Assembly: GCA_001776935.1 (NCBI GenBank)
Contig: MFDN01000015.1
Coordinates: forward strand, 102,578 to 166,577
Reading direction: 5' to 3'
Source: Candidatus Daviesbacteria bacterium RIFCSPLOWO2_01_FULL_39_23
Lineage (GTDB): Bacteria > Patescibacteriota > Microgenomatia > Daviesbacterales > UBA10151
Length of the DNA stretch: 64,000 nucleotides
Positions 1 through 8,194 of this stretch are shown in pieces. The notes under the pieces are model-generated. The model made no database searches and was not told the origin of the DNA. It saw nothing but the letters and a program-made list of their open reading frames with translations. The translations under genes and the position numbers were made by a program. The number at the start of each line of letters is the position of its first letter. The first letter of the stretch is position 1.

Positions 1-73
1 TACAGATGTTGAAACCCTGCCTTCCAGGATTCTAATCTACGGACACGAGGCTCTGGATTTAAAGGGGCATTTA

Positions 74-1720
74 TTGTCTTTCTCATGGATGTCAAAGCTT
101 TCGTTCCTGCATTTTCCCAAAATAGAGGTTTTAAATGATGATGTTGAAATTAAGAGTGTTTGTTTAGCCGGGGGATCAGAAATACAAAGCGGTGTTAAAT
201 TTGTTGAGCAGCCTATTCAGCAAACCAAAGTTGAATCAAAACCTTCGCACCCGATTGCTGCTCATGAAGAAAAAGAGGCAGCCGGCGAAGACTCCGGTTC
301 TGTTGATAAAACCGAAATACCGGCTGATCGGGTAGGTGCGTTTAACGAAAAGGAAGTAGTTAGCGGCGAAGATTTCGGTTTTATGGCAGGAGATGTATCC
401 GGTCAGATTAAAGAGGAAGATGAAATGAAAGAAGATGCGGTTATTCCTGTGGAAGAGTCATTATCAGAGATTGAAGACTTTGAATTTCAGCCACAGTCTC
501 CTGCGCCTCAGCGGCACGAGGCGATGAATGCATCTAAAGAAGGAAGCAGGATAAAGAAAAGGATTAAGTTTGGAAGTCTGGTCCCCAAAAATCTCACAGC
601 GGTCTTAGTTTTAATAGGAATAATATCCATTATAGCTTTAGCAGGAGGCGCTTATTTAATCCTTCCAAAAGCAGAAGTAAAGGTATTTGTAGAACCGAAA
701 ATTTTGGAAAAAGATGCAACTGTTATTGCTGATCCTAACCAAAAAACCATTAATGAGGAAGGTAAGATAATTCCCGGACAAATTATAGAAACAGAAGTAT
801 CAGGATCTGCAAAAGATCAGGCTTCCGGAAAAAGAAAGGTTGGCGATCCTGCTAAAGGAACTGTTGTAATTATTAACAATACCTCTGGGGGGCAAAATTT
901 TTCTGCGGGTACAATTCTTACATCTGCTTCGGGCATTAAATTTAAATTGGATAATACGGCTTCTGTTTCCGCCACTTTGCTTGATTCTGACTCAAAAAGC
1001 AAAGTCACTGCAATGGTGACTGCTTTAGAGATAGGAGCTGATGGCAATATTTCTTCTGAAACAAACTTAACTGTCGGTAATTTCTCTTCGTCGCAATTTG
1101 TTGCCAAGGCCCAGGGAAATTTTTCCGGGGGGAACTCTAAGGAAGTGGCGGTTGTTTCAGATGGCGATCAAAAAAGGCTTCTTGCCTCTTTAGCCTCAGA
1201 TTTACGAAAACAGGCGCAGCAAAAACTTCAGGAAAAACTATCCGGTCAGAAGATTTTGGAGGAAGCATTATCAGAAACTATTGTCAGTAAAAGCTATAAT
1301 AAAAATATAAATGATACTGCCAATGAATTCTCCTTGAATATGAAAATTCGCTACAAAGGTACTGCTTTTGAAGATAAGGATTTAAGATTGATTGTTTCCA
1401 AGTTAGTGGATACACAAGTGCCGGATGGTTTTATGCTGGATATTTCTGGCACAGAAACTCAGGCAGACGTTTCTAAGCTGGAAAAAGACGGTAAGCTTGT
1501 ATTTTTAGCAAAGTTTAAGGCAAAGATGCTTCCAAGTATTGATACTGAAAAAATCAAAAATCAGATTAAATTTAAAACTCCCCAAGAGGCTGAAAACCTG
1601 ATAAAGGGGATGAACAACGTTTTGGGTTCCGAGATTAAAATAACACCAAGCTTGCCAAAGATGCTTGAGCGCATACCCTATTTTTCCAAAAATATCCAGG
1701 TTGAAGTGGGACTTAAATGA
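74..1720 (+). CDS. hypothetical membrane-anchored protein with an acidic N-terminal region and one TM helix near aa 175-197. It is translationally coupled to the downstream sortase
   Basis: Long ORF with an acidic, E/D-rich N-terminus and a hydrophobic stretch LTAVLVLIGIISIIALAGGAYLIL. Its stop overlaps the sortase start in an ATGA at 1717-1720. No recognisable catalytic motif and no C-terminal LPXTG. Confidence 0.55.
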   Translation: MSFSWMSKLSFLHFPKIEVLNDDVEIKSVCLAGGSEIQSGVKFVEQPIQQTKVESKPSHPIAAHEEKEAAGEDSGSVDKTEIPADRVGAFNEKEVVSGEDFGFMAGDVSGQIKEEDEMKEDAVIPVEESLSEIEDFEFQPQSPAPQRHEAMNASKEGSRIKKRIKFGSLVPKNLTAVLVLIGIISIIALAGGAYLILPKAEVKVFVEPKILEKDATVIADPNQKTINEEGKIIPGQIIETEVSGSAKDQASGKRKVGDPAKGTVVIINNTSGGQNFSAGTILTSASGIKFKLDNTASVSATLLDSDSKSKVTAMVTALEIGADGNISSETNLTVGNFSSSQFVAKAQGNFSGGNSKEVAVVSDGDQKRLLASLASDLRKQAQQKLQEKLSGQKILEEALSETIVSKSYNKNINDTANEFSLNMKIRYKGTAFEDKDLRLIVSKLVDTQVPDGFMLDISGTETQADVSKLEKDGKLVFLAKFKAKMLPSIDTEKIKNQIKFKTPQEAENLIKGMNNVLGSEIKITPSLPKMLERIPYFSKNIQVEVGLK

Positions 1721-2346
1721 AGTTTGTGTCGCTTGGGCTTTTATCATTTGGAATTATTCTTCTGATGCAGGTTATTTCCCCGGTAATTTCATTCCAGATC
1801 TTTTCAATTGGCCAAAAGGCCAATAATCAAAGTTTAATAAGTCCCATGAGCGAAAGCGGAAGCATTTTAGGAGTTTCCGTTCAAAACCGGAATAATTTTC
1901 CTCTTTTTATTTCTTCTCTGGTAAGGCAGACTCAGGCAAATTATGACAGTTTTTATTTGACTATCCCCAAACTGAAAATGGAAAGAAATAATGTATATGT
2001 TGATAGCAATGATCTTTCTCAGGGTCTTATTCATCTTCCGGGTTCTGCATTACCGGGGGAGAAAGGTAATATGTTTATTTCCGGCCATTCCGCGGTTAAT
2101 GGGTTTTTGGCTGGTCAAAAAGCCCCTTTTGCAAAACTTACGGAATTAAAGAAAAATGATGAAATTTTAGTGGAAGCTGCAGAAAATAAATTCGTTTATC
2201 AAGTTGTGGAGATAAAAATTGTTGACCCAAGCGATGTAGCTGTTATTTCAGCGCCAGACCTTTTAGGAAGGTATATTTCTTTAATGACTTGTGTGCCTCC
2301 CGGATTAAACTTTAAAAGACTGGTAGTAATTGGTAAAATGATATAA
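1717..2346 (+). CDS. sortase family transpeptidase
   Basis: N-terminal TM helix. Conserved catalytic His (FISGHSAV), a Cys in a TLxTC-like motif (SLMTCVPPG) and a downstream Arg (KRLVVIG). Confidence 0.8.
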   Translation: MKFVSLGLLSFGIILLMQVISPVISFQIFSIGQKANNQSLISPMSESGSILGVSVQNRNNFPLFISSLVRQTQANYDSFYLTIPKLKMERNNVYVDSNDLSQGLIHLPGSALPGEKGNMFISGHSAVNGFLAGQKAPFAKLTELKKNDEILVEAAENKFVYQVVEIKIVDPSDVAVISAPDLLGRYISLMTCVPPGLNFKRLVVIGKMI

Positions 2347-2355
2347 ACATATCCC

Positions 2356-2493
2356 GTCATCCTGAGCAATTAGCGAAGGATCTCTGTTCTACGAAGTAGT
2401 TGCTCTGCAACACTTTTTTCAGACACGTCAATGTTACTTGCATTCGCAAGAGATTCTTCGTACGTTCATGAAACTGAACGTACTCAGAATGAC
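2356..2493. repeat. nested-palindromic intergenic repeat element, copy A. It is bounded by GTCATCCTGAGC and GCTCAGAATGAC and carries the inner pair GAAGGATCTCT and AGAGATTCTTC
   Basis: The terminal 11-mers are inverted repeats with one transition. The inner 11-mers are also inverted repeats. The same architecture recurs at 16271, 19618, 42388 and 45458. Confidence 0.8.
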
Positions 2494-2498
2494 AAATA

Positions 2499-2903
2499 TT
2501 GTATGATATTGTGATGAAATATCTGGGAATTGATTTTGGGCTCAGAAAAATTGGTTTGGCTGTTTCAGAAGGCGAGCTTGCTTCCCCTTGGCAGATCCTA
2601 GCAGTTAAAGGATTTTCTGATGCTATAGAAAAGACTTCCCAGATTATAAAAGAGGGAAATTTTGAGAAAATAATTATTGGTTTGCCGGAGGGTAAAATGG
2701 GACAGGTTGTTAAAGGTTTTGTAAATGCCTTGAAAAAAAACGGTATTGATGTAGAAACCGCAGATGAAACCTTATCTTCAAAAAAAGGTTTGAAGGCAAT
2801 GATTAAGGCAGGTATAGGCGTTAAAAACCGCAGGAATGAAGATGCTTTTTCTGCAGCAGGGATACTGCAGGATTATTTGGATTCCCGTGATTTGCCATTA
2901 TGA
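2499..2903 (+). CDS. ruvX: Holliday-junction resolvase-like YqgF/RuvX. The start may be the internal Met at 2514
   Basis: N-terminal LGIDFGLRKIGLAVSEG motif and an RNase H-like size (about 130 aa). It is followed by mltG, which is the conserved yqgF-yceG pair. Confidence 0.8.
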   Translation: MYDIVMKYLGIDFGLRKIGLAVSEGELASPWQILAVKGFSDAIEKTSQIIKEGNFEKIIIGLPEGKMGQVVKGFVNALKKNGIDVETADETLSSKKGLKAMIKAGIGVKNRRNEDAFSAAGILQDYLDSRDLPL

Positions 2904-3868
2904 AGAAAATAATTTGGTTAGCTATAATCGTTGTATTAATATTTTTTTTGGCAATGGGGTGGTGGAATAGGCAACTTTCTTTTGTTTCTTCAGATAAATC
3001 CGCCAAAGTATTTGTAATCGCAAAAGGAGCTGGGGTTTCGGAAATTGCCAAAAAGCTCAAAAGTGAAGGACTTATTAAATCAGAACTTGTTTTTAAAATC
3101 TATGTTAAACAAAATAACTTAACAAATAAACTTCAGGCAGGCTCGCATAAGCTTTCTCCTTCAATGACTGCGCAGGAAATACTCAAAACTTTGCAGAAAG
3201 GCAGTGAGGACAGCTGGATAACTTTGATTGAGGGCTGGCGGATAGAAGAAATGGCAACCGAGATAAATTCCAAATTCCAAATCCCAAATTCAAAATTTTT
3301 GGAACTGGCAAAAGAGGGATATATGTTTCCCGATACCTACCTTTTTCCTAAAGAAAGCACAGAAGAGCAAATAGTAAAAAAACTAAGAGAAACTTTTAAT
3401 ATAAGATACACAGATGAGATAAAAGCGAAAATAAAGAAATTGGGTTTAACAGAAGAAGAGGGGGTAATTTTGGCATCCATAGTAGAAAGAGAAGCCCGTT
3501 CTGATGGGGTAAGGCAAATGGTGGCCTCGATTCTTTTAAAAAGATTTAAAATCGGAATGGGTTTGAATGCGGATGCAACAGTTCAATATGCTTTGGTTCC
3601 AAAGGGGTCGAAAAATCCGCCAGCCGGCGGATGGTGGAAAAGACACTTGTCCAGAGAGGATCTTAAAATAGATTCCTCATATAATACTTATATTCACAGA
3701 GGTTTGCCTCCGGCACCGATTGCAAATCCGGGGGTTTCATCATTAAAAGCAGTAGCAGAGGCTGATTCTTCCACTCCTTATCTTTATTATTACCATGATT
3801 CAAAAGGAAATTCTTATTATGGTAAAACTTTAGAAGAGCATAATCAAAATATAGCTAGTTATCCATAA
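2900..3868 (+). CDS. mltG: endolytic murein transglycosylase MltG (YceG-like)
   Basis: N-terminal TM followed by the YceG-like signature SYNTYIHRGLPPAPIANPG. The 4-bp overlap with ruvX indicates coupling. Confidence 0.85.
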   Translation: MKKIIWLAIIVVLIFFLAMGWWNRQLSFVSSDKSAKVFVIAKGAGVSEIAKKLKSEGLIKSELVFKIYVKQNNLTNKLQAGSHKLSPSMTAQEILKTLQKGSEDSWITLIEGWRIEEMATEINSKFQIPNSKFLELAKEGYMFPDTYLFPKESTEEQIVKKLRETFNIRYTDEIKAKIKKLGLTEEEGVILASIVEREARSDGVRQMVASILLKRFKIGMGLNADATVQYALVPKGSKNPPAGGWWKRHLSREDLKIDSSYNTYIHRGLPPAPIANPGVSSLKAVAEADSSTPYLYYYHDSKGNSYYGKTLEEHNQNIASYP

Positions 3869-4074
3869 CTTTATTGACACTTTTGGTCGCAAAAGTGTCC
3901 AAAACTCCTGCAAGTGATGTTCGAGCTAAAAACTCTTCGCTCGTTAACGGGGGCTCACCCCCTCGGATATTCACTAATCGTTCAGTATCCGGTTCCCCCT
4001 GTTGCCTCGCTCCGAGTTTTTTTAACGCTCTCTGCATCAATTGCAGTAATAAATAAGCTATAATCCTAATAATT

Positions 4075-4488
4075 ATGAACAAATTTTGGGGTAAAGTTAG
4101 AAAACATAATCAAAGAGGAAAGAAGCTGGGTTTTCCTACTGCCAATGTAAATTTGAGGAAAAAAATCCCGGAAGGAATATATATTTCTCAAACTAAGATA
4201 GGACAAAATTTATTTCCATCACTTACTTTTATCGGCATTGCCAGGACTTTTGAAGAAAAAAACTTTCGTGCAGAAACCTATATTTTGGATTTTGAAAAAA
4301 ACATTTATGATAAATGGATTTCGGTTAAATTGATAAAAAAAATCCGGGATAATAAAAAATTTTCCTCTATCCCGGAGCTGATTGCTCAAATGGAAAAAGA
4401 TGAGCAGGTAGCCAGAAAATATTTTAAAATGAAAGAGGGTTTGTATGAATTAGGTATGAAAATACCAAAATTTGAAAGATTTGGTTGA
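4075..4488 (+). CDS. riboflavin kinase (monofunctional RibF C-terminal domain-like)
   Basis: GKKLGFPTANV motif (riboflavin kinase PTAN) and a C-terminal KIRDNKKFSSIPELIAQMEKD that resembles the RibF C-terminus. Confidence 0.7.
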   Translation: MNKFWGKVRKHNQRGKKLGFPTANVNLRKKIPEGIYISQTKIGQNLFPSLTFIGIARTFEEKNFRAETYILDFEKNIYDKWISVKLIKKIRDNKKFSSIPELIAQMEKDEQVARKYFKMKEGLYELGMKIPKFERFG

Positions 4489-4524
4489 AATTTCCTTCCC
4501 AATCACCTATAGTTTGATCTTTAT

Positions 4525-5691
4525 ATGTTCAAAAAACAGGAAAATATTTTAGAAAAAATTTATGATTCTGCGCTTAGATTTCTAACGCCGTTAAGCTTGG
4601 AAGAAACTTATGAGTTGATAATCAAAGAGGCTTTAAGGTTAGTTAAGGCAGAATTTGGCTCAATTTTCCTTCCTGAGGATGGGGAATTTAAAAGGGTATA
4701 TACTAACAATCCAGCGCTTCTCAACATCAAAGTCAGGAAAAAGGGGGTGACTTATAAAGTATTCCAAACCGGAATTCCCACAGTAGTTCATGCAGAGACT
4801 CTTCGCCGGGTTCATCCATATAAATCATTCGGGATTGAGGTAAGATCTGATGTGGTATTGCCGCTTTCGACCAAGGGCAAACCATTTGGAGCTTTAAGTT
4901 TAATGTCAGCTAAGGAACACAGTTTTACTGAGCAGGAATTAGAGTTGTTGAAATTTTTCGGGCCTTTTGCCAGTTTGGCTATAACTAAAGCCCGGCTTTA
5001 TCAGGAGACAAAAGAGGCTTTAGAGGCACGTTCTGTTTTTATTTCTATGGCTGCACACGAGCTTAGGACACCAATTACCACTATATATGGGTATGCTCAA
5101 TTATTAGAAAGGAAAACTAACGGCACAAAAGAAATTGAGGGAAAGTGGATAAAAGAGCTGCATACAGAGACTCATAGGCTGTCGCTGCTGGTAAATGATT
5201 TATTGGAAATCAATAGAATTAATTCTGGTCACTCCCATTATATTTTCAAAAGTTGTAACCTGAAAAATATTATCGATGAAGCTATTAAAACTTTTAATAA
5301 GGATCACCCTAATAGGGTAATGCTTGTGGAAGATGAAACTAAAGAAGAGAAATGTAATGTTATCGGAGATTTCAATAAATTGCTTCAGATGATTTTAAAT
5401 TTATTAGATAATGCAGAGAAATTCTCCGCTAAAAATATTATTCTTAAACTGAAATATCAAAAATCGGATTATATTATTCAAATTCAGGATAAAGGAGAAG
5501 GTATTGGAGAAAAAGATATCCCTAAGTTGTTTGAAGTTTATCAAAGGGGCAGCACTGACAGGGAAGGAATCGGATTAGGTTTGTTTTTGGCTAAAAATAT
5601 TATCGAAAGGCACAGGGGTTCAATCGATATAAAATCAAAACGGGGAAAAGGTACAATTGTAACATTAAGATTTCCGAGAATCCGTTTATAA
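4525..5691 (+). CDS. sensor histidine kinase with an N-terminal GAF-like sensor domain and a HisKA plus HATPase_c core. No response regulator is adjacent
   Basis: H-box MAAHELRTPITTIYGYAQLL. N-box LLDNAEKF. G-boxes DKGEGIGEKD and GIGLGLFLAKNII. Confidence 0.85.
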   Translation: MFKKQENILEKIYDSALRFLTPLSLEETYELIIKEALRLVKAEFGSIFLPEDGEFKRVYTNNPALLNIKVRKKGVTYKVFQTGIPTVVHAETLRRVHPYKSFGIEVRSDVVLPLSTKGKPFGALSLMSAKEHSFTEQELELLKFFGPFASLAITKARLYQETKEALEARSVFISMAAHELRTPITTIYGYAQLLERKTNGTKEIEGKWIKELHTETHRLSLLVNDLLEINRINSGHSHYIFKSCNLKNIIDEAIKTFNKDHPNRVMLVEDETKEEKCNVIGDFNKLLQMILNLLDNAEKFSAKNIILKLKYQKSDYIIQIQDKGEGIGEKDIPKLFEVYQRGSTDREGIGLGLFLAKNIIERHRGSIDIKSKRGKGTIVTLRFPRIRL

Positions 5692-5726
5692 CCACTTTGT
5701 TATGTTTTAATTTATTGTCTTGCTGT

Positions 5727-7157
5727 TTATGTGACTTCGTTTTTCTCTATTAAAGGGGGATTATTTAAGACAATAATTGTGTCTTCTTCGGGATTCTTTG
5801 TATAAGTTTTTCCAACCTTTTCCATTATTCGTCCAGAAGCGAGAATGATTAAAAAATCGTGAATTGATTTTACTAGTCCTCCGCCTAAAAGCCTGGTTGT
5901 TTCTATATTCTCTTCTATTAATTTTTTGAGTATAGGATTACCTATCTCGTTGATAAACTCAGATTCGATTTTTACAAACACCTGATCTGTTGCTTTTCTG
6001 CCTATTGTTGCGCCTACTGCTGCTATAGCATAAATATAGTTCAAAGCGTTAATTATTTCTTGAGGTATATTAAGATTCAATCTCTGATTTGTATCTCTGT
6101 ATTGGGATTTTAACACTGCTGCTATAGCTGTTATAGTTGCATCAACCTGTTCAACACTGCCCCCTTTGGGGGTTTCTTCCAATTTTTCATAAGAAGAAAA
6201 AGGGCGTAATCCCAGTGTTGATGCTAACCTATTACAGGTTTCTAAACCTGAACTATCCCTTGTTTTTATCGTTTCCTGCACTTGTTGACGGAGTTCCACA
6301 TATAGTTTCATTCTGGGGCCTGGTAACATGCCGACATAGCCAATATGTACAAACTTACTGATATCCTCAAAATCCAGCAATCCTTCACTTAAGCTTCTTA
6401 CCATGTCTACCCCAAATGTCCTATACCGTGTATTTGTAAATTCTGGTTCTTCTGTCTTTGTAAAGGGTTCGCTTAGCAGTTTTTTTAAACCGGCAGCTTG
6501 TTCTTCTTCTGGGGCAGTAATCCCGGGTTTATCAATGATAAGTAGCTTATACGGTGTTCTAGTTCTAAGTTCACGCGCTAAATCGATTTTAATAGCAACA
6601 TCGTTAACGCAAAGAAATTCCAGCGGATAAGGCTTATCGTGTTGAATTTGGCCGGGGAGCCTGAGTAAATTACCTACTATATTTGGTACATACTTTCCCC
6701 ATTCATCCATTGTTTTGAGCCCTGTCCATTTGGCTATACCGACAACCAAGGCGTTGAACTTTACTTTCAGTTCGTTAGGCAAATCATCGCCTACTTCGAT
6801 ACACTTTTGTACGTCTCTTATCATAGTTAATTCTCTTCTTTCTATTGCATCCCAACCGATCACTTTTATATCGGGTACATATGAATTTTCTATCTCCTGT
6901 GCTCTTAATTGTGCATAAGGCAAAATAAGGCTATTTGCCAGAGTGGTTTTGCCTGCACCTCCCGGACCTTCAATAAATAGGGCATGAGCAGTAGATTCTC
7001 CGGTTTGAATATAGCGATCCATGAACCTGCTCATAAAAACATCAAGTCCGGGCATTCCTGATGCATAGTAAATCCTTTCATAAACAGCCATTCTTTGTTC
7101 CAGATTTGTGCGCTCTGGGTGGCTGTCAATATGTTCAAGTTCAGGTTGTCTGCTCAT
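5727..7157 (-). CDS. uncharacterised P-loop protein. The N-terminal domain resembles thymidylate or deoxynucleoside kinases and the C-terminal domain of about 250 aa is unknown
   Basis: Walker A in FIEGPGGAGKTTLANSL, which is close to the TMK/dNK motif FEGxDGAGKTT. A possible Walker B in LLIIDKPG. The remaining 300 aa have no recognisable motif. Confidence 0.5.
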   Translation of the reverse strand: MSRQPELEHIDSHPERTNLEQRMAVYERIYYASGMPGLDVFMSRFMDRYIQTGESTAHALFIEGPGGAGKTTLANSLILPYAQLRAQEIENSYVPDIKVIGWDAIERRELTMIRDVQKCIEVGDDLPNELKVKFNALVVGIAKWTGLKTMDEWGKYVPNIVGNLLRLPGQIQHDKPYPLEFLCVNDVAIKIDLARELRTRTPYKLLIIDKPGITAPEEEQAAGLKKLLSEPFTKTEEPEFTNTRYRTFGVDMVRSLSEGLLDFEDISKFVHIGYVGMLPGPRMKLYVELRQQVQETIKTRDSSGLETCNRLASTLGLRPFSSYEKLEETPKGGSVEQVDATITAIAAVLKSQYRDTNQRLNLNIPQEIINALNYIYAIAAVGATIGRKATDQVFVKIESEFINEIGNPILKKLIEENIETTRLLGGGLVKSIHDFLIILASGRIMEKVGKTYTKNPEEDTIIVLNNPPLIEKNEVT

Positions 7158-7239
7158 AAATTAGAGTAATTTAAGGAATAATTTTAAACAGGAATTACTG
7201 GTTTTAATTTCGGCGCAAGTATACCATGTATGGATAAGT

Positions 7240-7959
7240 TTATCTAATGAAAAAGGTTGAGGAAGTTGAGCTTTGATGATTTAAAGAATCTAGGATTGGA
7301 GGAATCTCTCTGATATCTTTTACTACGTAATCTGCTAAAGAAAAATCCGCTGTCTTCCTATTATGGTCAGCTTCTAATGCAATAAGTGTCAGCTTGGCCT
7401 CTTTAGCTGCTTTAAACCCGGGAGTAGAATCTTCCACTGCTACACATTCTCTCGGATTAAGACCAAACCTTCTGGCCATTTTCTGGTAAATTGCAGGATG
7501 AGGTTTCCCGTTTCTAACATCATCTTTATACAAACAAACGTTAAAAAAACGTAAAAGATCATACCTTTTAAGAAAAGGTTCAGCATTTGTTCTTCTTTGA
7601 GAAGTTGTCAATGCAAGAGGATAACCGCTTGATGATAAAGTCTGTAACACTTCTTCAAGGTGCTCAACCGGTTGGATTGCACCCCCTTGGTAGGCTTCTG
7701 CTATTCGTCCTTTGTGAATTCTAAACATTTCTGATAGAGGACGTCCAAGTCCCTGTGCTGCGCAGATAGTTCTTGCTGAGTCCGTAAACCTGAAGCCGGT
7801 ATGTTGGGCCATAAAATCTTCATCGGCACGGATATCAAATTCAGTTAAAATGCCAGCTTCTATCTTTCCGATTACCTCTTCTGACCTAGCAGAAGTTCCA
7901 TCGAAATCAAAACCAACTCCGCATTTTTTCCTAGCAGAACAGCGCACTACTTCAGTCAT
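7240..7959 (-). CDS. HAD-superfamily hydrolase, subfamily IA (phosphatase or beta-phosphoglucomutase-like)
   Basis: Motif I GFDFDGT. Motif III K in NGKPHPAIY. Motif IV VAVEDSTPGFKAAKEA. Confidence 0.75.
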   Translation of the reverse strand: MTEVVRCSARKKCGVGFDFDGTSARSEEVIGKIEAGILTEFDIRADEDFMAQHTGFRFTDSARTICAAQGLGRPLSEMFRIHKGRIAEAYQGGAIQPVEHLEEVLQTLSSSGYPLALTTSQRRTNAEPFLKRYDLLRFFNVCLYKDDVRNGKPHPAIYQKMARRFGLNPRECVAVEDSTPGFKAAKEAKLTLIALEADHNRKTADFSLADYVVKDIREIPPILDSLNHQSSTSSTFFIR

Positions 7960-8083
7960 AATCGTAAATTATACCCTATAATCTTAGATATAGGAAACCC
8001 CTCCTTTTGTGGAATAAATTAAATTATGATAATAGAATAATAAATCAACCAGAGGAAGGTAAGAATCCTGTGAGATTGCCTCT

Positions 8084-8111
8084 TGACCTATATTTTTATT
8101 TGTGGTAAATT
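8084..8111 (+). promoter_or_regulatory. candidate sigma70-type promoter for rpoB (TTGACC, 17-nt spacer, TAAATT), followed by a leader hairpin at about 8136-8178
   Basis: cTTGACCtatatttttatttgtggTAAATTacc lies 85 nt upstream of the rpoB ATG. The leader contains gacagg...cctgtc inverted repeats. Confidence 0.45.
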
Positions 8112-8194
8112 ACCTTTAATTAAATAGAAAAAAAGACAGGCGTACGGATACGTATGCTTTCTTTTGTTGATCCTGTCCCAAGGCCATCTACAAA

